Part shown: positions 29,234 to 39,986 of the stretch, piece after piece
Layout: each line of letters starts with the position of its first letter
How positions within the stretch are numbered: position 1 is the stretch's first letter
NCBI GenBank assembly: GCA_044507735.1
Contig: JBIQJB010000010.1
Location: forward strand, 1-64,000
Source: Nitrosopumilales archaeon
GTDB lineage: Archaea; Thermoproteota; Nitrososphaeria; Nitrososphaerales; Nitrososphaeraceae
DNA: 64,000 nt
Direction of reading: 5' to 3'
Program-made: the position numbers and the translations under genes
Notes under the pieces: generated by a model
Databases searched by the model: none
What the model saw: only the letters and a program-made list of their open reading frames with translations
What the model was told of the DNA's origin: nothing

Positions 29234-29752
29234 TCAACTGATGTATGTCTGGTTGCTCTTGTCAAAGTCTCTGACGACTTGGAAATCGGGGCTGAACTGC
29301 GACTGCATGAGCGACCTCAGCTGTGGGTATATTACGGAAGGGTCTTCTTGTGCCATCTTGGTTGCAACATGGTCCTCGCCAAACATCCACTTGCATAGGT
29401 CAAAAGTCATCTGCCGTACCGAGTTTTCGTCTACGATGCCCAAGCTGTGAAAGTATTCATGTGCCAGCACCATAAACACATACGAGTTGTACTCCTCTGC
29501 AGAGCCGGCGACCTTCTTCACGGCTGCAAGCAGATAGCTGTTCATGACGATCGAGTTAGAGCCTAGCATGTGGTAAGCGCCGAGATTGCTTGGCATCATC
29601 TGCAGTATCAGGTTCAGACCTGCACGGTGCATTTTGAATTTTTGTAGGACCGCTGACTTGACCAGCTCGAACACCTCGTTAAAGTCCTTTAGGTTAGCTA
29701 TCCTTTCTCGAAACTGGGACTGATGTTCTTCTAATGACACAGTGTCTAACAT
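29234..29752 (-). CDS. Zincin-like protein with HExxH
   Basis: LGAYH...LAHEYFHSLG...E..VR. Confidence 0.75.
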   Translation of the reverse strand: MLDTVSLEEHQSQFRERIANLKDFNEVFELVKSAVLQKFKMHRAGLNLILQMMPSNLGAYHMLGSNSIVMNSYLLAAVKKVAGSAEEYNSYVFMVLAHEYFHSLGIVDENSVRQMTFDLCKWMFGEDHVATKMAQEDPSVIYPQLRSLMQSQFSPDFQVVRDFDKSNQTYIS

Positions 29753-30138
29753 TACTTCTTAGCTGCTCGGCCGTATAAAGCATATAGCAGCTCATGCCCT
29801 GGTGCATGAATCTGAGATGAGCTGATGATGTTCAAAATGGAATGGATTGACGGTGCCACAATTCATGAAACTGGCGCGGGTTGTATCTGCGGGTAAGATT
29901 CAGAAAGGAGGATTTTTTGGGACATGAGGCTTTCGACTTGATGACGCACATTCTTCACTGCCATTCAGGACAAGATTCATGTGCGGATGTGTGTGTATGT
30001 GTGCGGACGTGTGCCTTCTCTTTGCCGGTCGACAAGAAACATTGCAAGCAGCTGATGATGAAATGTTCAGCCTTCAACAGCCGCCGCAAAAACACAAGTT
30101 AGCAAGCTTTAATATAGCCATTTTCCGGTTTTGCTAGC

Positions 30139-30687
30139 GTGGATGAAAAGGTCAAACAACTAGACCTCCGCGATATTGTAGCTAACTATCCAGATTTTCC
30201 AAAACCCGGCATAATGTTTCGGGACATAAATCCTGTTTTCAAAAGAAACGATGCTCTCAACTACATCACGGAAGAGTTCTACCATATATACAGTAAAGGA
30301 AACGTAGACGCAGTGGCAGGGATTGAGTCAAGAGGTTTTATCCTTGCGACGGCACTAGCGCTGAAGTTTTGTAAGGGTATGGTTATGGTGCGCAAGGCTG
30401 GCAAGTTGCCCGGCAAGACTCTGAAAAAATCTTACGACATCGAATACGGCAGCGCGGTGATGGAGCTCCAAGAGACCGCGATAAGAAAAGGTGAAAATAT
30501 CTTGATCGCCGACGACCTGATAGCAACTGGCGGAACAGCCATTGCGGCAGCACAGCTGATAGAGGAGCTAGGCGGCAAGGTGATAGGGTTTGCATTCATT
30601 ATAGAATTGACAGATTTGCACGGCGCAGACAAGCTGCGCGATATGGGCTACAAGGTTCAATCCTTGGTGACATATCATGGCGAGTAA
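30139..30687 (+). CDS. apt: Adenine phosphoribosyltransferase
   Basis: [37 protein letters not shown]. Confidence 0.95.
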   Translation: MDEKVKQLDLRDIVANYPDFPKPGIMFRDINPVFKRNDALNYITEEFYHIYSKGNVDAVAGIESRGFILATALALKFCKGMVMVRKAGKLPGKTLKKSYDIEYGSAVMELQETAIRKGENILIADDLIATGGTAIAAAQLIEELGGKVIGFAFIIELTDLHGADKLRDMGYKVQSLVTYHGE

Positions 30688-31477
30688 TAGCGCCGACATT
30701 GGCATCATTGGCGGCACCGGTGTCTACGACCCGGGGCTCTTTAGCGAAAAACGCGAGATCAAGGTGCACACGCCGTATGGCGAACCGTCTGATCTTGTGA
30801 CAATAGGCGAGTATTCTGGAGTAAAGGTCGCGTTCATACCGCGCCATGGCAAGGGGCACAGGATACCACCTCACAGCATAAACAGCAGAGCAAACATCTG
30901 GGCACTCAAGGAGCTCGGAGTGAAGCGCATTATTGCGCCCTCTGCAGTCGGCAGCCTGCAGGAAGGCTACAGGCCTGGCGACATTGCAATCCCGGATCAG
31001 TTCATTGACTTTACTAAGAAGCGCCAATACACCTTTTACGATGGCGGACAGGTGTGCCACATTTCGGCAGCTGACCCGTTCTGCCCGGAGCTCCGCAGCA
31101 TCGTGATCGACAAGATAAAAAAATTGAATTTTCCGATGCACGAAAAGGCCACGTATGTTTGCATCGAGGGCCCGCGGTTTTCTACAAGGGCAGAATCGAA
31201 GTTCTTTCGCGATGTAATGAAGGCAGACATAATTGGCATGACGCTTGTGCCTGAAGTCAACCTTGCAAGAGAAGCCGAGATCTGTTACCTGTCGATAGCA
31301 ACGGTGACCGACTATGACGTGTGGGCCGACCACCCTGTCACATCCTCAGAGATAATCGAGACGCTGGCCAAGAACGTAGAAAAAACAAAGAAACTGATCA
31401 CCGAGCTGGTGCCTTCGATCCCGATTGCAAGAAATAAGTGCGCCTGCGGGAGCGCACTGGAAAACGCGCTACTCTGA
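30677..31477 (+). CDS. mtnP: 5'-methylthioadenosine phosphorylase
   Basis: [43 protein letters not shown]. Confidence 0.94.
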   Translation: MASNSADIGIIGGTGVYDPGLFSEKREIKVHTPYGEPSDLVTIGEYSGVKVAFIPRHGKGHRIPPHSINSRANIWALKELGVKRIIAPSAVGSLQEGYRPGDIAIPDQFIDFTKKRQYTFYDGGQVCHISAADPFCPELRSIVIDKIKKLNFPMHEKATYVCIEGPRFSTRAESKFFRDVMKADIIGMTLVPEVNLAREAEICYLSIATVTDYDVWADHPVTSSEIIETLAKNVEKTKKLITELVPSIPIARNKCACGSALENALL

Positions 31478-31780
31478 TGACGGCGGCCTGATGCCTTCCG
31501 GCAGGACAATGTCTCCTTCGACTAACTTGCGCTGTATCGTCAGCTGCAGCTGTTCGGGGTCGATGCCCATCTTTGCTATCTTTGCCAGAGCAGTCTTTGG
31601 GATCTTGACGCTGGCGTTGTGGCCGCCAATCCTGCCAAATGCAATCGCGCTGAACCTGAACTCTTGACCTTTCACCACAAAATATCCTGACAATTTGCTT
31701 GCAATCTCGCTTCCGGTGGCGCTTTTCACAAACACCGTAACGTTGATTTCATCGTTGTTGTCGTCGTCTTTGCGCATCAT
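31469..31780 (-). CDS. Conserved hypothetical protein
   Basis: Clean ORF ([13 protein letters not shown]) in a minus-strand cluster. Confidence 0.7.
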   Translation of the reverse strand: MMRKDDDNNDEINVTVFVKSATGSEIASKLSGYFVVKGQEFRFSAIAFGRIGGHNASVKIPKTALAKIAKMGIDPEQLQLTIQRKLVEGDIVLPEGIRPPSSE

Positions 31781-31790
31781 ATCTATCAGA

Positions 31791-32207
31791 TCAATTCTTT
31801 GGTCCGTCCGCCACTTCCATATTGCGGTTCACGTTTGACTCGACCAGAAAGCTCCACCAGTCTGGATCGACTATGCCATAGTCCTTGACATCGACTTCAA
31901 TCACCTTGTCGTCAGCATCCGTGAAAGAGAGTCTTCCCTCCTTTATCATTTTGACCAATCTCCAGCGAAGGTGACCTTTGCGGCTCCTGCTTATTGCCAC
32001 GGCCCATTTCTTGTCCTTGTCAATCTTGGGCATGCCGATGTAATCGACGATTTCCAGGACTCCCAACCTTTTCTCCTCACAGAACATCTCTTTTGTGAGA
32101 AGGCTGCGCCAAATGTCTACTGAGCCTATAGTCCTGCCCTGCTCGTTGATGTTGATCACTCCAAAGTAGACCACCTTGTCGCCACCCGTCGGGTCTGAAG
32201 TCGTCAT
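31791..32207 (-). CDS. Conserved hypothetical protein
   Basis: Clean ORF, tightly spaced between neighbours. Confidence 0.7.
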   Translation of the reverse strand: MTTSDPTGGDKVVYFGVININEQGRTIGSVDIWRSLLTKEMFCEEKRLGVLEIVDYIGMPKIDKDKKWAVAISRSRKGHLRWRLVKMIKEGRLSFTDADDKVIEVDVKDYGIVDPDWWSFLVESNVNRNMEVADGPKN

Positions 32208-32241
32208 TGCGATATATCTCCATGATGCAAAGAGCCATCAC

Positions 32242-32604
32242 CTATTTAGTTCTTGCATCCTCGTATGGCCTTTCAAGCACTATCCCAATGTTGTCGACCT
32301 TCAGGTTCTTCTTGAACGGTATGCCATCCTCCTCGCAGCGCCTTCGATAGCGATTTGTTATCGCAAACCGCGGGTGGAGTGACTCAAACTCGGTTTCCGT
32401 TATTTCGATCACCATCCCCCTGGCTACAAGCGACTTTGCTGCTGCATGCGCGCGCTGAGCGTCGTTCCATCCCAGCACCTCTGACAACCTGGCGGCATCC
32501 ATCTTGCCCTTTTTCACTATTGCAAGAAAGGCCTTGGCCTCGTCGCCGGTTATCTTGAGTTCAGAAATAATGACTTCCTCCACGTTTGAGAGGTTGACTG
32601 CCAT
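32242..32604 (-). CDS. TrmB-like HTH protein
   Basis: L.IT..EAKAFLAIV..G....ls.......A..L..RGMV....F....P pattern. Confidence 0.7.
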   Translation of the reverse strand: MAVNLSNVEEVIISELKITGDEAKAFLAIVKKGKMDAARLSEVLGWNDAQRAHAAAKSLVARGMVIEITETEFESLHPRFAITNRYRRRCEEDGIPFKKNLKVDNIGIVLERPYEDARTK

Positions 32605-32721
32605 GTGCCACTCCTTACTCTACTCTTGGCGAGCTCGGGAAATCTGCTGCGTTTCTCCCCAGAATTTTTTTCTCCGCTCTACCCACGACACAGAATTGTG
32701 TTGGCGACTATTTATCCTGTG

Positions 32722-33624
32722 CTAGAACTGCACCAGGCTGCGGTACTTCCTGTAGCGCTCCTCAACGTCGTCCTTTGTTATAGAAAGGAGGCGCTTCACA
32801 CCGAAATCCTCTACTGCAAACGAGCCAATGACATTTCCGTAAATCACAGCCTCTTTCATGGTGGCAAAGTCTGTCCTGTTTTTCCGCGCAATGTGTCCAA
32901 GAAAGCCCCCTGCAAAAGAGTCGCCTGCGCCCGTCGGGTCGACTATTTCGTCCAAAAAGAACGCTGCGGCAGGAAATACCTGATTGTCACTTGTGAAAAG
33001 GATGGCGCCATTCTCGCCCTTTTTGATAATTGCAAACTTTGATCCCCATGACATTATCATTTTGGCGCATTTTGCGAGGTTGGCTTCTTTGCACAGCAAA
33101 CGCGCTTCGTTGTCGTTTATCACAACTCCATCTGCCATGCCCATCATCTTGATAACGTCCTCGCGGCTCCCATTTATCCAGAACTCGATAGTGTCGCACA
33201 CCACCATCTTGGGATTTTGGAAGTGCTTGAGGATCTTGATGTTCTGTCGCGGGTCGTTGTTTGCCAGGTACACGTAATCAGATTTTGCGTATTCCTCAGG
33301 GATAACAGGGTCAAAGCCGGCGACAACGCCCAGTTCAGTCTTGTTTGTCGTCCTGTTTGACAGGTCGTAATCAAAAGTGGAATCATAGTGGAATGTCTTG
33401 CCCCCTTGCACGGTTACAATGCCCCTTGTGTCGATTCCCCTTGATCTGATTGCGCCGATGTGATCCGAGGGCATGTCAGAGCCTACCACTGCGACTATCG
33501 AGGTCTGCGTGAACATGCTTGAGGAGAGCGAAGCAAAAGTAGCCGCGCCTCCCAGTATCCGCGTTTCTGTTCTAAATGGGGTGCGCGTGGTGTCCAGGGC
33601 CACCGTGCCAAATACGGTAAGCAA
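32722..33624 (-). CDS. PfkB family carbohydrate/nucleoside kinase
   Basis: GGAATF, INDNEA, KKGENG, DPTGAGDSFAGG. Confidence 0.92.
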   Translation of the reverse strand: MLTVFGTVALDTTRTPFRTETRILGGAATFASLSSSMFTQTSIVAVVGSDMPSDHIGAIRSRGIDTRGIVTVQGGKTFHYDSTFDYDLSNRTTNKTELGVVAGFDPVIPEEYAKSDYVYLANNDPRQNIKILKHFQNPKMVVCDTIEFWINGSREDVIKMMGMADGVVINDNEARLLCKEANLAKCAKMIMSWGSKFAIIKKGENGAILFTSDNQVFPAAAFFLDEIVDPTGAGDSFAGGFLGHIARKNRTDFATMKEAVIYGNVIGSFAVEDFGVKRLLSITKDDVEERYRKYRSLVQF

Positions 33625-33702
33625 CGACCGTTAACAAACCGCCGTTCGTAAATAAACGCTTGCCGGCATCATTAAATATCGAGGGGAGCTGATCACCCCC
33701 AG

Positions 33703-34275
33703 TTGCGGCTAGTAATTGCCATCACCGGCGCCTCAGGAGTAGTCTACGGAATAAGGGCGCTTGAAGTTCTGGAAAAGTTGCAGGTCGAGACGCACCTCAT
33801 ATTGAGCGAATGGGGAGAAAAAAACATCAAGATAGAGACCGATAAGACGCCCGAGTACGTCAGGTCGCTTGCAACAAAATTTTATGAAGACGGCGACATG
33901 GCTGCTCCGATGTCGAGTGGCTCGTTCAAGACAGACGGCATGGCCGTGATCCCATGCAGCATGAAGACGCTTGCCAGCATTGCAAATGCATTTGATGATA
34001 GCCTAGTTTCTAGGGCCGCAGGAGTGTGCTTGAAGGAGCGTCGCAAGCTTGTGCTGGTCCCGAGGGAGACCCCTCTTTCGAAAATTCACCTTCAAAATAT
34101 GACCACATTGGCAGACGCCGGCGCAGTCATCCTGCCTGCGATGCCCGGATTCTACCACCGGCCAAAAACCATGGACGAAATGATAGATCACGTGGTGGGC
34201 AAGGTGCTAGACCAATTCAACATAGACCATGGCCTTTTCAGGCGATGGGGCGGCCAGCATCATCAGGTCGAATAA
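33703..34275 (+). CDS. ubiX: Flavin prenyltransferase UbiX
   Basis: AITGASG, SSGSF, PCSMKTL, RAA.V.LKERR, RETP, PGFY. Confidence 0.95.
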   Translation: MRLVIAITGASGVVYGIRALEVLEKLQVETHLILSEWGEKNIKIETDKTPEYVRSLATKFYEDGDMAAPMSSGSFKTDGMAVIPCSMKTLASIANAFDDSLVSRAAGVCLKERRKLVLVPRETPLSKIHLQNMTTLADAGAVILPAMPGFYHRPKTMDEMIDHVVGKVLDQFNIDHGLFRRWGGQHHQVE

Positions 34276-34335
34276 GGATTTATAATATTGCAAAGCCTAT
34301 CTAGATCGAGAAATGCCGGCAAGGGGTGACCCGGA

Positions 34336-34785
34336 ATAGCCCGATACAAGAAAAAATATGCGAACCGATCGGTCGATTTTATTGTCCCACTAGTTGCATT
34401 ACTATTCATCGGGATCATGTTTGTGCTGCTGGCCCGCTCGCAAGGAGGAATTGGCTTTATCTTTCTTTCAATCGCCTCAGGCCTGATGATCTACTGGGTA
34501 CGAGAGGTGAGGATGATGAACAGATCCGAGGACAAAAAGCTTGCAAAGGAGATGGAGCAGGACTGGGTCTATGACCTGATAAAGAATAACGATGAAATGA
34601 TATTTGTCGCAGAGGTGCCCGGCCCGGAGGATCAGATAAACGTGCGGCTGACAGAGGGTTTGCTGCGCATAAAGGGCGGCCAGAACTTTTCAAGAGAGGT
34701 ACCGCTTGAGTTGACCCAGGAAATGGGGATAGCTGACTATAAGTATCGAAACGGCGTGCTCACCATCAAGATTCAGAAGGTCTGA
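34336..34785 (+). CDS. Membrane-anchored small heat shock protein (Hsp20); start probably ATA at 34336
   Basis: Two N-terminal TM helices followed by an alpha-crystallin domain (AEVPG...YRNGVLTIKI). Confidence 0.8.
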   Translation: MARYKKKYANRSVDFIVPLVALLFIGIMFVLLARSQGGIGFIFLSIASGLMIYWVREVRMMNRSEDKKLAKEMEQDWVYDLIKNNDEMIFVAEVPGPEDQINVRLTEGLLRIKGGQNFSREVPLELTQEMGIADYKYRNGVLTIKIQKV

Positions 34786-35410
34786 TTTCTTCTCCTTCCT
34801 CTTCTTCTTCCCCTTCTTCCGCTCTTTCTTGAGCATTTTCATAGTCATAGTTGTCTTCCCAGAGGCGCATCCTATCCATCTTGTCCCTCCTTCTTGCCTC
34901 CTGTAGCATGTTGTAGACGGTCTTGTGCATGCTACCCTTTGCAAGCATGGCAATTGAATCGGTGGCTAGCTTGACTTCGTGGAAGTTGCCAATGACGCCG
35001 ACCATGTGTCCATAGACTGAAACGTGTGCCCCGCTAAGTTCCTCTATGGTTCGCCGGGCCTTGCCGCCTTCTCCGATTATCCTGCCCTTGATGCGCTCGA
35101 GCGCGCTTGGTGAGCGGCCGGCATAATCGCGCAGGTCCACCTGCTGAAACAATACTTCGTCATCTTCAAAGAGACGATAAGCCCTCTCTGGCGAGAAGCC
35201 GCGCGAAATTGCCGTAATGACCTCAACGGCTTTGAACGCCTCCATCTGTTCCACAGGCTTTGTGCCTGTAATAGTCGCGTCGCCGCTATCGCTGTCGATC
35301 TCTATCGCCACGCCGCATCTCTTTTCGATCTGCTGCTTTACCTTGCCCTGCTTGCCTATTATGGCGCCAATCCTGTCCTTTGGAATTTTCAACGTATGTT
35401 GGAAGCTCAT
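34766..35410 (-). CDS. KH-domain ribosome biogenesis protein Dim2/Pno1
   Basis: RIGAIIGKQG, AISRGFSPERA, GRIIGEGG; adjacent to RIO1. Confidence 0.92.
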   Translation of the reverse strand: MSFQHTLKIPKDRIGAIIGKQGKVKQQIEKRCGVAIEIDSDSGDATITGTKPVEQMEAFKAVEVITAISRGFSPERAYRLFEDDEVLFQQVDLRDYAGRSPSALERIKGRIIGEGGKARRTIEELSGAHVSVYGHMVGVIGNFHEVKLATDSIAMLAKGSMHKTVYNMLQEARRRDKMDRMRLWEDNYDYENAQERAEEGEEEEEGEEIRPSES

Positions 35411-35411
35411 C

Positions 35412-36248
35412 TTATTGATTTTCGCCTTTGATTTTTTCTACTGCTGACGCAGCATCGATGATTTCGACCCCGCGCTTTTCAAAGAACCTGTTAATGTTCA
35501 TGACATCGCGGACTAAAAATTGTTTTGAATTTGGGTGTTGTATGTCGACTGCAGAGCCAAAGTCAAAGAGCACTATCCCATTATCTGTCTTGAAGATGTT
35601 GTATTCAGAGAGGTCAGCATGGACCAGCCTCGCCTTTTGATAGAGGATGGACATCTGCTCTATGACTTGCATGTAGTCGTCAAGTGTCACTTCTTCCAAT
35701 TCCACGAGAGAAGGGGCAGGAGTGCCTTCGCTGTCGCCAATGAACTCCATCACCAGCACGTTCTTTTTTACAGCAATCGGCGCCGGTACTCTCACGCCTG
35801 CGGCATGCGCTGCCTGCATATTCTTGAACTCTTTTCTTGCCCATGCGACCATCAGGTTGCGCGATCCTCGCTTGATGTCTGAAAACCGGGGGTCGCCGGC
35901 AATATACTGCATCCTCTTCTTGAACTCGGCACTCACTGTAAGGTAGATCTTTAGTATCCGAAGCGAGCCGTCCGGCGCAGTGGCTACATAGACCTTGGAC
36001 TCTTTGCCAGCAGCAAGCGACCCTTGAACTTGGTGTATTACACCATCGTCTTTGAGATCGTTTATAACCATCAGTGTCGGAACATCGAAGACATTGTCAA
36101 ATACCTCATAGTCCTCGGAGCGCTTGACGAGCAGCCTGCTCTCACGCTCCTTGCGAGACAGCCTCCTGTCGGCGCGGGCTATGACCCTTTGTTGCCCTTC
36201 TTCCCGTAGCAGGAACTCATCACGGCTGTCTTCTTCTCCTTCTGCCAA
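35412..36248 (-). CDS. rio1: RIO1 serine/threonine kinase
   Basis: GKESKVY, YIAGDPRF, WARKEFKNM, LVHADLSEYNI, FDFGSAV. Confidence 0.93.
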   Translation of the reverse strand: MAEGEEDSRDEFLLREEGQQRVIARADRRLSRKERESRLLVKRSEDYEVFDNVFDVPTLMVINDLKDDGVIHQVQGSLAAGKESKVYVATAPDGSLRILKIYLTVSAEFKKRMQYIAGDPRFSDIKRGSRNLMVAWARKEFKNMQAAHAAGVRVPAPIAVKKNVLVMEFIGDSEGTPAPSLVELEEVTLDDYMQVIEQMSILYQKARLVHADLSEYNIFKTDNGIVLFDFGSAVDIQHPNSKQFLVRDVMNINRFFEKRGVEIIDAASAVEKIKGENQ

Positions 36249-36318
36249 TGATAAAAGTTGGATTCAATCATTATTATCTTTATAGAAAGGAAGCTGCCAA
36301 ACATGTTCGGCAGTAGTT

Positions 36319-36633
36319 TCACTTGTGCTGAAACTTGTATATCATCAGAAAGGGCACGCCGGAGATCTTTCGGATGCTGACCTCTTTTGCCATCCTTAGG
36401 TCAAGGGCCTGCCTCACGATCTTGTCGCCCACCAGGTTTGCAATGTCGCACTTTTGCAAAAGCTCTTGCGCGTATGGTTGATCGATTATCTCCTGCTGGT
36501 AGTATTCCTTTGTAAGGTTGATGACGAGGCCATCTTGTTCCAGCTTGCTCCCTATCAGGTCAAGGTCGCAGATGTCTACCATGATCGAGCCTTGGTATTT
36601 TGTCATTCTTGCAGCGTATTGCGGCGGCGACAA
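36319..36633 (-). CDS. DUF424 family protein
   Basis: ICD.DLIG...YY.......IANLVG...V...I.GVP. Confidence 0.85.
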   Translation of the reverse strand: MSPPQYAARMTKYQGSIMVDICDLDLIGSKLEQDGLVINLTKEYYQQEIIDQPYAQELLQKCDIANLVGDKIVRQALDLRMAKEVSIRKISGVPFLMIYKFQHK

Positions 36634-36699
36634 CGGCTGTTCCTATATGAATACAGCATAATGAGTATTTTGCTGGTAGTACAATCAGTCGATCAATCA

Positions 36700-37518
36700 T
36701 CATCCGTATGTTTCGATCTTGATGTCGAACGATCCATCTTTGCGCTTGTTCCTGTTTGTGACAAAGCCGAGCGGACTCAGGACCTTCACCACAGACTCTA
36801 TCGTACCCTGATAGCCGCATATGTGAAAGAACGAGTTGTCAGGAGTCACCCTTTCTCCCACTGCCTCTTCAAGTCTAGGGCCAAGCAAGGTCTCTACCCT
36901 CCCGGTGCTCCCGTGCCAGTCCTTTGACAGCGGATGGTCTGGCCGGCTCACGGTTGGCAGATACTTAAAGTTGTGGGGGGGTTCAGCAGCCATCGCTTCC
37001 AGGATCTCGCGATACCCAAGCTCCTGGGCGTATCTTGCCCCATGAAGTAGCACTACCTGCCTTTTCGATCCGATGTTCTTCAGGTGCAAGACATAGCTGA
37101 CAAACGGCGCAAGGCCGGTCCCCGAGGCGACCAGTATCAGCCGGCGCGTGTCCGGCGTCCCATCTGCCCTTTTTTCTTCAATCGTGAATGCACCGGCAGG
37201 TTTGCGCCAGTAAAGCTCACCACCTTCCCCCATCTTGAAGAGCGCGCTGGTAAACTTGCCCATTACTGGCTCTGTGGCCCACTTTATGTAGAACTCAAAG
37301 TATCTCTTTTCCTCCGGTGGTGATGACAGCGAGTATGCCCTGTAGGTTATCTTGTCGTCGCCGTCTAGCTTCAGGCCGAGGGCAACAAACTGGCCGGCCT
37401 TGTAATCAGGAACAGGGCTCCCATCTGCTGGTTGAACCCGGATTATTGCAAGGTCCGGCGTGATGTTTTTCCTGTAGATTATCTTTCCGACGTTTGGAGG
37501 CGCCTGTCCAGAACTCAT
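36700..37518 (-). CDS. Ferredoxin--NADP+ reductase
   Basis: GQFV.LG, RAYSLSS, GKFT, ASGTGLAPF, HGAR, ICG. Confidence 0.9.
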   Translation of the reverse strand: MSSGQAPPNVGKIIYRKNITPDLAIIRVQPADGSPVPDYKAGQFVALGLKLDGDDKITYRAYSLSSPPEEKRYFEFYIKWATEPVMGKFTSALFKMGEGGELYWRKPAGAFTIEEKRADGTPDTRRLILVASGTGLAPFVSYVLHLKNIGSKRQVVLLHGARYAQELGYREILEAMAAEPPHNFKYLPTVSRPDHPLSKDWHGSTGRVETLLGPRLEEAVGERVTPDNSFFHICGYQGTIESVVKVLSPLGFVTNRNKRKDGSFDIKIETYG

Positions 37519-37593
37519 CCAGCAGAGATTGAGTCAGGTGGTAGTTATATTTGATTATCCTTTTATTGGAGGACACAAGAAAGCTAGGCAGGT

Positions 37594-38073
37594 TTGGCTA
37601 CCAAGAAGGGGATCGCGCTCACGATTGGAATAGCGGCAGCGATAATTGGATCTAGCTTTTTGATCTGGTACATACCAGTGAGCAGTTCTCCCGATGTGCC
37701 ACGGACAGACGGCGAGGTGATTAGCGACGTTTACTCCCGCCACAACGACCTTGCAGCCGACATTGACCTGAGGTTCGAGCAGTGGAAAGACAACAATACA
37801 GCAGCAACAGCTTCTGACCTGTCTACTCGGATCGCTTCGGCCAAGGTGCAGATAGAGGAGATGAGGCAGCGGCTTGTAAGCAGGCAGACTGCGCAGGAAT
37901 GGAAGGAAAGCTATGACATTTATGCTCAAGCACTGAGCGCTTACATTGCATATCTTGACGCGCTGGCACAGAAGGTGGCTGATGGCGATAGGAGCAGCCC
38001 CGACTCTTCCATCTACCAGAACTGGCGCGACCTAGTCGACCAGTCAGTTGCTGCCATGCCTATAAACAACTAG
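37594..38073 (+). CDS. Hypothetical membrane-anchored protein
   Basis: N-terminal TM (MATKKGIALT...SFLIWYIP) followed by a helical bundle. Confidence 0.75.
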   Translation: MATKKGIALTIGIAAAIIGSSFLIWYIPVSSSPDVPRTDGEVISDVYSRHNDLAADIDLRFEQWKDNNTAATASDLSTRIASAKVQIEEMRQRLVSRQTAQEWKESYDIYAQALSAYIAYLDALAQKVADGDRSSPDSSIYQNWRDLVDQSVAAMPINN

Positions 38074-39215
38074 CTGTTTCTTAGCGCCGCGAGAATCTGG
38101 TCTATCCTCGCATCGGTCTTGAATGCGCCGGTATTGAGCGCAGTTTTCGATGCGGCAAAGCCGGCGGCTTGCAGCTTTTCGATTATCCTTGGTATAGAAT
38201 GCGGGTTTGTCCTGAGCCTTTCCGAGATCTCGTCTCCCCGAAAATAGTATGGTATCTCGCTTGCCTCTTCGAGAGCCAGATCCAGTATTTTTTTGCTGTG
38301 TCTGTTCGGTTCATATTGTAGCATTTTTTTCACAAATGCTTTATCATGCAGGGCGCCAGTCCACAGCTGGCCGCCGGTCCTCATTGTACTTCCGCACAAC
38401 TCACATTTCACGACGGAATATTCCTTTGCAGAAAAGCGGTGGCCGCACTGGAAGCAGTGCATCACATAGCCGATGCTGTCATAGACATCGTTTGCCTCGC
38501 TGCTGCTCACCCAGACGGAAGCGTAGACTCGCAAATAATGCATCGTGGCGTGCACAAATACGGGCCTTATCGCCAGCTCGAGCCTTGAGGCGGTGAGCGC
38601 CATGAGCGAGAGCAAGAGGCGGATTGCAGTTTCATTGCCATAGCTGTTGTTGAGGGGCCTGCCATAGTAGCGGCGCAGGCACACGTCAGGATAGACGCCG
38701 CAGAGCACTGCGGTGTCTGTCGCCGTTATCGAAATCAGGCCGCCGTCCAGAACAGACCGCAGAACGCAGTCGATGTGTTTTGCCGGCGTGCCAAACGGAT
38801 CCAGATCGACGATTCCAAAGCGCTCACCTTCGCCATCTCCATGCAAAAGGAACTTGCACACCTCGTTGATTGAGAAGTGGCATTTGTTGCTGACAGAATT
38901 GACCCGGGCCGCTTCCTCGGCCTGACTTATCGCAATTGCGTTGATGTCATTGCCATATACATAATCTATCTCGGGCACTTCAACAGCAACCCGCAATGCC
39001 CTTGCTCCTATCCCTGTAAAAGAATCAGCAAACGTCTTGCGTGAAAGTGAAGGAGCATACGCCCTGTACGCTAGCACAGACAGGTCGCGGTTAAGTTTTG
39101 CGGCAGGGTTAAAGAATGCAGGGGTCTTGGGCGGGACCTTTTCGGTAAGTGACGATTGAGGGACCAGTAAAGTCGTCCTGCCTTCCACGATCTGAACAAA
39201 ATCTGCTGCTGCCAC
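38070..39215 (-). CDS. trm1: tRNA (guanine-26-N2)-dimethyltransferase Trm1
   Basis: FFNP...NRDLS, GIGARALR, DLDPFGTP, TATD.AVLCG, CxxC...CxxC, G.LW.G. Confidence 0.93.
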   Translation of the reverse strand: MAAADFVQIVEGRTTLLVPQSSLTEKVPPKTPAFFNPAAKLNRDLSVLAYRAYAPSLSRKTFADSFTGIGARALRVAVEVPEIDYVYGNDINAIAISQAEEAARVNSVSNKCHFSINEVCKFLLHGDGEGERFGIVDLDPFGTPAKHIDCVLRSVLDGGLISITATDTAVLCGVYPDVCLRRYYGRPLNNSYGNETAIRLLLSLMALTASRLELAIRPVFVHATMHYLRVYASVWVSSSEANDVYDSIGYVMHCFQCGHRFSAKEYSVVKCELCGSTMRTGGQLWTGALHDKAFVKKMLQYEPNRHSKKILDLALEEASEIPYYFRGDEISERLRTNPHSIPRIIEKLQAAGFAASKTALNTGAFKTDARIDQILAALRNS

Positions 39216-39341
39216 GCCATAGAGGGCTGCGCGGATGCGATATTTATAGCAGAAATATGTATTCTAGTTTTAAAAGCACAAGTGATAATAAATACCCTGC
39301 AAATCAGCATACAGGCTGACTTGGATTTGGAGAGCGACACC

Positions 39342-39986
39342 ATGGTCGGCGGTGTGGACGAGGCGGGCCGCGGATCTATCATTGGCCCGCTGGTTGTCGC
39401 GGGCATTGGCGTCAAAGAATCCAAGATTCCCCTGCTATCTGAAATGGGCGTGAGAGACTCAAAGGCCCTCACTCCCAAGGCGCGAGCCCGGCTTTTCGGC
39501 CAGATAATGAGGGTCGCAGACTCGGTCTGCATTCGCAAGGTGGATCCGGCCGAAGTCGACTGCAGTGTCTCGCTTCGCGAGCTAAATCGGCTTGAAGCAA
39601 AGGTCATGGCTTTTGTCATCAACAACATCAGGGCAGACGAAGTGTACGTGGACTGCTGCGACATCAACCCCGAAAGATACAGAGGATACATCGGGCAGCA
39701 CCTCAACTGCAGCGCAAGAGTACATTCGATGCACCATGCAGATTCGACAAACATTGTCGTGTCCGCAGCGTCAATAGTCGCCAAGATAACGAGGGATCAG
39801 GAGATCCAGAGCATACGCAACAAGTACCGCGGCATCGGCAGCGGGTACCCCTCTGACGAGCAGACCATGCGCTTCATCCGGCGCTGGGTCGCAAAAAACG
39901 GCAGCGCTCCAGAATTTGCCAGAAAATCATGGAAGCCACTAAAGCTGATGCTAGAGCAGACCGCCCAGTACAAGCTCAAGGTTTAA
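39342..39986 (+). CDS. rnhB: Ribonuclease HII
   Basis: GVDEAGRG..IGP, DSK, VD, VSAASIVAK..RD, GSGYPSD. Confidence 0.95.
   Translation: MVGGVDEAGRGSIIGPLVVAGIGVKESKIPLLSEMGVRDSKALTPKARARLFGQIMRVADSVCIRKVDPAEVDCSVSLRELNRLEAKVMAFVINNIRADEVYVDCCDINPERYRGYIGQHLNCSARVHSMHHADSTNIVVSAASIVAKITRDQEIQSIRNKYRGIGSGYPSDEQTMRFIRRWVAKNGSAPEFARKSWKPLKLMLEQTAQYKLKV

Noticed and set aside
29881-30102. Cys-rich 73-aa ORF and TG-rich tract upstream of apt
   Set aside because: The cysteines arise from a low-complexity TGTG stretch; there is no recognisable motif or promoter.
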